Position numbers and translations under genes: made by a program
Source of the DNA: Epithemia pelagica
Taxonomy: Eukaryota; Protista; Bacillariophyta
Direction of reading: 5' to 3'
Assembly: GCA_946965045.2 (NCBI GenBank)
Contig: OX337230.1
Coordinates: forward strand, 1,178,001-1,242,000
Length of the DNA stretch: 64,000 nucleotides
Notes under the pieces: generated by a model
Databases searched by the model: none
Told to the model about the DNA's origin: nothing
Seen by the model: the letters and a program-made list of their open reading frames with translations, nothing else
Shown: piece after piece, positions 57,871 to 64,000 of the stretch
Position numbering within the stretch: the first letter of the stretch is position 1
Layout: each line of letters starts with the position of its first letter

Positions 57871-59704
57871 TTCCAATTTGGTTTCCAAACGACGACGGCG
57901 ACGACGGCGACTCGGTGGCCATCTTCTTCTTCTTCTTCTTGGTTGGACCGTACCGTCAAGCATTATTTGGACTCAATCACAACAAGGTATATCGAGTTCC
58001 GACAGCGGGATGGAGAGCTCTGTCCTCTTTCAACGGATCAGCAAGGGAGTTGCTTGCCGCAAAACTCGAACCACTTTTCCTTGAGGTGCGCCACAACAAC
58101 AACGTCCCTTGTTGTTGGCATGACTTGTAGTACTACGAAAGAGATGATTTCAATCTTCCATTGGAACCACCAAGTATGTGTGGGATATCCTAGCCGCGGC
58201 GCACCTTTTGCCGCCAGGACCACGGGAACGCCCACCGTGCTCTATGTATCCATGTGACATGTACTTCCAAGCGGTAGATAGTATTCGTGAACGAAGAGAT
58301 CCCGTGGTTTTGCCCCACCGGGCGATCCTTCCTCCCTCATGTCCTGGGACTGTGGGATTGCCACAATGGTGAACGACGAGAATCACGCTCCTTACCTAAA
58401 CAACGGGCTGGTGTGGCCATAGAAGAGAGTGGTCTGATGTGGAGGAAGCACTAGGAAGAGATGGATGGATGGAATGACTGTTGATTCATGTCGGGTCCAG
58501 TTGGTGCGTTTTGGTGTCCATCCCTCGGTGGAGGTGGCACTTTCACAGTAGACTTTTCTTCTTCCGGATTCCCTACTACGATGAAGGAGGCATGTTGGAA
58601 GAAATAATACTCCTCTCGAGAGAAAACTCACCTTGGACTTAGTGTCCCTGTCCCCTTCCGTTCATCAACACCCTATGGACTTCTTGGACTGTCCCGAGTT
58701 TGGACACCGTGAACTTCGCGCTGTGGGGGACATAAATCAGTCCCACATAGACAACGCTGGAGTGTATACATCACCGCTTCTGCGGGAAATTCCTACGATC
58801 CGTTGCGGGTGGTCGCAGTTCTTGGAGTATGGCCGAATTCGTCCAAGGGTTATTGCCCGTCACTAGCAACTACAGAAAAATTGCGCCCAACAGACATTTG
58901 AGACAGTTCAACGGTCCAAACAGCGAGCTCCACCAAACACCCAAGCCGCACACACATACGATTGCTACCTAGTCAAACTCTATGCTGAGTGACGAAGTAG
59001 AGGCTAGCTGCACATTAAAGAGATAAACTAAGATCTAATGGAAAATGGTGCTTTTATCAGCCACCAACAGTCAGTGAAATCGCTTCTAACCTTATCTCAA
59101 GCCGTACTAAGTCAGATGGAAGAAGTAGCTTTAGTAGAAAGGAGCTGTCAATCAATGCGCAGCTCATCTATAGTCCGCAGTCACCCCTGGATCTACTCTG
59201 TTTAGCCGTAGCATAATGGGAGTATCGCCATTTGCATCGATATATAGCATCGCTATCCATCTTTCCTTGGGTCACATAGACCACCATCCACGATTGAATA
59301 GTTATGTCTGTGTCTGTGGGGCACAATATTTGAAAGAATTAGGCGAGTGTCCAGATTTTGAGGTAAATCCCGGATTGCTTTCTAGGCCCTGGTCATGCAG
59401 TTGGGTTTGGGATTGGGAGGTTCTAAGTTGACAATGGATTGTTTTCTCAGAATAATTTTAGACCCCAAAACATACTCCTATCACCTATCACCTCCTACCT
59501 AGTATGAGAATTGCAAACTCATGGAACCACAGCTGACTATGTATGGCCACGATCAGGGGGAATAGGGAATAGGACCTGCCTAATAACCACTTTGGCTACG
59601 ACGTTCCAAAGTATATTTAGAATTATACAACGGCACACAATATAACCTCTACGCGACATACCGTCAAGTTGACGTTTGATGGAGTTTGTGGTATTATTCT
59701 TCTT

Positions 59705-62700
59705 TTATGCCAGATCATAGACCACAACTTCTTCGTTGCTCAATCCCACAGCGACCGAGTTGCCATCTGCGGCCATACTAATGGACACGACCGGTTGGCC
59801 AAGATTGGGGCCACTGGAGATTTCTACCCAATTCTGGCCAACCAACTCGTACGCCCGGAACGATCCATTGGCAGTACCAAAGCACACACGACCCTTGGCT
59901 CCCGACAAGGTCGTTCCAATGGCTTCCCCATCGGCTCCCACAATGTCTTCATTTCCCAACTGCTGGTAGAATCCGGGATTGGATTCGTAGAAAATTCTGA
60001 CCCTACCCTTGTCCTGACCAAATGTCGGTGCTCCAAAGGCTATAATGGTGCCTGCGGGGTCCAAAATGGACACGGTGGTTCCCAAACGTTCACCTGGACT
60101 GCCTCGCATTGAAACGAGAGAGTCCCATGCAGTACCGTTCCAGTTGTAAAAATAGATTCCCCCGGAGTTGCTGATGTGACCTGGTGCCCCAACCAAGAGC
60201 TTGTCCCCGGTAGTCGACATGGAGACGGAGGTACCCACTAGATTGTTGGGCTCGCTGCCAACAATGGGACCACCAAATGGAACCCAATTCATACCATCGT
60301 AATCATAAATGTAAACCTTTCCGGAATTGGTTCCGGATACGCCATTACCTCCACTGTTGGGTGCTCCAATAGCAAACCGTAACTTATCCGAGGCTATCGA
60401 CACGGAGGTCCCATACATGTCACCGTTGACATTATCGAAAAACTGTGGACGAAGGCCCAACGGATCTCCGACCGCGTTCCAGTTATTCGTTGCCAAGTCT
60501 CGTTGGTAGATGTGCGCCGATCCCAAAATGTTGAGTTGCCCATCATAGCTTTCCGTCGCTCCAACAACAATGGTAGGCACGTTGCCGATCATTGCTCCAT
60601 CGACCGCAAAGCCATACTTGATGGTATCTTGGGCAAAGCCCGAGTCATCCAGTACCCACTCGGTATTGCCTCGTTCGTAAATGGCAACATCTCCATATTC
60701 CGAGGCTCCACCCAAGGGTTCTCCAATGGCCAAAAAGTCTCCTATCAAAGCCACATCGTGACCAAACTCCGTGTTACCAAGATTGGAGTTGGTACTCGAA
60801 AAGGGCCCCCCGGCAAGTTGCCATTCCTTTGGTGGACCCGTGACGGGCGACATGCTCGGTTGACCGCCGTTTTGGGGTTGTCCTGCATAGAGTACTGCTT
60901 CTTGACCAGTTCCGTGTCCGGCCAAGACCATGTAATCATCGCCGGTACTGTAGGCTGCTATGGCACTGACCGACGACGGTCGGGAAACGGAATAGCGTCG
61001 GACCCACTGGGTACCACCAATCAAATCCCATCGTTCGACAATTCCTGATTCCATTCCAATGACCAATTCAGGTCCATTGGGTCCTTCGTGACCACTGACG
61101 GTATTAATGGCGCCAATCTTGTCACCTCGAACGGCACCTTTCAACACGGGCACGGCCCTCCAAATGGTTCGGTCTTGGTTGTCAATTTCAAAGACTTGAA
61201 TAGCCCCACGGTTGCTTTCGAACGAGGGTGCCCCGACCGCCACATAGCGGGGGGACAAGAAGGTGACCGAGCTTCCAAAATCCGTGTATTGCGTCGACAT
61301 GCTATGTTGAAACACTTTTAGCCACGCATTGCCATCAAAATTGAAAATGGCAAAACTGGAGATACCCGGTTCTCCCACGGCCATGTAATTTCCATTGTCC
61401 GTAATGGCCACATCTTCTCCAAACCTTGAATTGGCCGTTTGGCCAATAATGGCTTCGTTGGGGACCATGTTTCGGGCTACGACCGAGCCACCAGGTTGCA
61501 CATCGTATTGATAGGTGTAAACGCGTCCTGCAGCCGTGCCTTGAAAGTCATGTTGCGGAGCTCCAATGACAGCGGTCAAGCTTTTACTGAGTGCCACGGC
61601 GTTGCCAAAGTTTTCCGCTGTCATCGACAAGGTGGGTTCTCCCTGGAGGATGGAGCCCTGCATTTCCCACGCATTACTGGCAGAGGAACTATCGTACTTG
61701 TACAAAAAGGCATGGCCTTCTCCATTGCTGCCAGCGTCGGGAGCTCCCACCAACAAAAAGGCATCGTTGCTGGTAGAGGATGGCTTGACAATGTCAATGG
61801 CAGCACCAAAGGCACTGTTGGGCGTGCCAGAAATGTCGTCCACAAATTGCCATTGCGAACCGTCGTTGAACATGGCACTGACCAGACCACTCGAGGTCGG
61901 ACCGGCCGTCGTAGAACCACCGCTATTCAAGGAGGGAGAACCCACAGCCATCCAATTGTCATCCATGGCCACGGTCGTTCCATAACTTGTTGATCCGGTC
62001 AATTCTTGTACAATGGACAAGGGAAGTTCACCAGGTGTTGGCATCATGGTGGTCTACAAAAAGGACAACGTGAAAGACGACAAACAAAACAGTTGACCAC
62101 ACATGGGTGAGACGACACAGTTTTGCAAACCTCTCCGCTTTTTCTCGGACAAAGACAACACTGAATCCATGGCTCAAGACAACGTACCGAAACGGGACTC
62201 GGCGTGGGTGCCGGAGTGGGAGCCACGGGTGCATTGGTGGGAGGGTCGGTCAAGTCCACTTCTTTGGTAGTGGAGTCGTCATCATCATCATCATTCATGC
62301 TTGTGACCAAAAAGGTGATACCAATCGCCAAACCAATGGCAAACAAAAAAAGACAGGCACAAATCAAGAGCATGAGCAAAAGCATTTTCTTGGCGCGTTT
62401 GTGACGTCGTTGACTTTGCACACTGGATCGGGTCGCGACACTGTGCGAATCTCGAACCAACCGTTTCCGATTGTTTTGTTCTTCATCGTCTTGATAATAT
62501 TGGGCTTCCACTTGATTGTGCCATTCTGCCACACGAGAAAAATGTTCTGGTTTGCTGCTATTGTCATCGTCCACCACCGGTGAGGTGGCGGGAGGTTCGT
62601 CGGAAAAGTATTCGGACGGTTCGACCATGCTAGGATTGCGTTGCGCCGAGGACTGACTCGATCGCATCTGGTTGGTAGGTGGTGGTGGAGCCTGACGGCC

Positions 62701-62979
62701 ATTGGAAGGAGGTCCTCGTCGAGAATTTGTTTGACGTGGTGGCGGAGGACGACGAGCCGAGGGTTCCTTGGCGGCCTTGTATTGATTCCCCGAAGATGAC
62801 AGTGGTTCAAACTCGTCTTTTTTCATGGTACTCATGTCGGGGCCCATAAAGCCAATGGTACTCACACCATCCTTACTGGCCATTTCTTCTACGTAGATGC
62901 TTCGCGGACCAAAGGTAAACTCGGAATCCACATCGGGTCCATAGGCACTATTGCCCGTGTTGTTCTGATCAGACATCAT
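59705..62979 (-). CDS. Type II membrane protein with two FG-GAP beta-propellers (paralogue of 51576-54600); 2 exons, ~1046 aa
   Basis: Exons 62979-62188 and 62053-59705 (gtacgt...ttgtag, phase 0). RRHKRAKK precedes TM MLLLMLLICACLFLFAIGLAIGITFLV, followed by FG..GAP blades. Confidence 0.9.
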
Positions 62980-63648
62980 CTTGGCTTGAGTGTTCTTGCC
63001 CCTTTTGCTTTATGGCTTGCTCTCTCGACCTTGTCGGTTTGGCTGCTGCTGCCAAAGAAACTCCAATCAATATAACAGCAGGTGCGAGTCTAGTCCTTGT
63101 GTTTGGCCAACAAACAAGACAACCGTGGTGTATTCAAAGGATCGTCACACAACACGACGATTTCTCACAAAAGTGCTCTTGGTTCGGAAATGGGACACGG
63201 TGGAACCCAAAAACAGTGAGCGAGTTTGTGTTGGGTTTGCTGGAACCACTTTCTTGGGTGTGGGCCTGCCAGCTTCCGAAATCTGTTGGGTGTCGTCTAC
63301 TCAATGATGTGCAGTGGCATCCCCAATAAAATGTCTCATCCATGGGGGCTTAAGTAAAAGCAAGATGAGCGCACTTTTCTCACTCGGAACCTTTTTGTGT
63401 CATCGTCTTGACCTTCTCACGGGATCGCGCACCCAGTGAGCACCCCCTATTTCTTTTTGTCATGTCAAGAGAGAGCCCCCCTTCACCCTTCACGTCTCGA
63501 TAGGGTCTATTGAAAAGTTGTCTAGGAGTAACAAAGACAAGAGAAAAGGAAAGCACAAGGTCTAGTGTTTCCAAAAGCATATCGTTAACGTGGATTCGTT
63601 CAACTAGTTATCCAAGCCATCCGAATGATTGACTGCTCTTCTTGGTGC

Positions 63649-64000
63649 TCATGATTTTTGTCCCAGCTTTTTCTTTTTGAGTACATTGGAATCCATAATC
63701 ATGCCCATGAGTGGATTGACGGCGGGTCGTGGTTTTTCCGGTTCCTTTTGCATACTGTCCATAATATCTTTGGTTTTGGGGATATGGACTTGTTCGAGAT
63801 TGGACCGAATGTCAATTTCATTGGCCTCCACAATGGAACCAATGTTTTGCAAATGGTATTCCTCCAAAAAGAAGCGTTCAATTTTCATCACCTTACTCAC
63901 TGTTTTGGTCAAGTAGGCACTGATATCAACCTTTGTTGGATCGGTGTAATCGCTGCAATCCGGATTGACCGTGACCCATACCGTCGATTTGACGTGATAT
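63649..64000 (-). CDS. CAPZB: F-actin capping protein beta subunit, 3' portion (runs off the window)
   Basis: YHVKSTVWV..ISAYLTKT..HLQNIGSIVEANEIDIRSNLEQVHIPKTKDIMDSM parallels the CapZ-beta consensus [35 protein letters not shown]. Confidence 0.8.
   Translation of the reverse strand, partial: YHVKSTVWVTVNPDCSDYTDPTKVDISAYLTKTVSKVMKIERFFLEEYHLQNIGSIVEANEIDIRSNLEQVHIPKTKDIMDSMQKEPEKPRPAVNPLMGMIMDSNVLKKKKLGQKS

Noticed and set aside
57963-59700. Possible ncRNA or tRNA in the long gap between the FG-GAP genes
   Set aside because: I found no tRNA T-loop/acceptor pattern, rRNA similarity or extended stem.
51576-62979. Calling the FG-GAP proteins true integrin alpha subunits
   Set aside because: They are type II or secreted, with no C-terminal TM, GFFKR motif or Ig-like leg domains.

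Overview
Gene-dense eukaryotic genomic DNA. It is almost certainly from a diatom, probably a pennate; this is inferred from short GT-AG introns, signal-plus-transit bipartite plastid presequences (A|F cleavage motif) and many poly-N/T/Q tracts. About 24 protein-coding genes can be supported, about 10 of them spliced: a Cys-rich type I membrane protein, an HDAC/acetylpolyamine amidohydrolase-family enzyme, TLK, CCDC25, an O-fucosyltransferase and MPDU1 (head-to-head), an apparent NELF-A homologue, COX11, a FHIT-like HIT hydrolase, DUF2358+SOUL, EDC4, a two-pass beta-propeller TKL receptor kinase, MED14, SPCS3, a ~2000-aa TFIIS-M/SPOC protein, an intronless P-loop NTPase, an ankyrin protein, three paralogous FG-GAP (integrin-alpha-like) propeller genes and the 3' end of CAPZB. 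I recognised no rRNA, tRNA, CRISPR array or intact transposon. The most notable signals: (1) the FG-GAP surface-protein cluster (two type II membrane double propellers plus a secreted EF-hand/mucin/propeller protein) beside actin capping protein, a speculative adhesion or gliding module; (2) a NELF-A-like protein in a stramenopile; (3) an 8-mer, TAGGAGTA/TACTCCTA, found 11 times and only between genes; (4) an NTPase gene bracketed by direct repeats with a telomere-like TTAGGG tract. All family assignments come from motifs I recognised by eye; no database searches were run.
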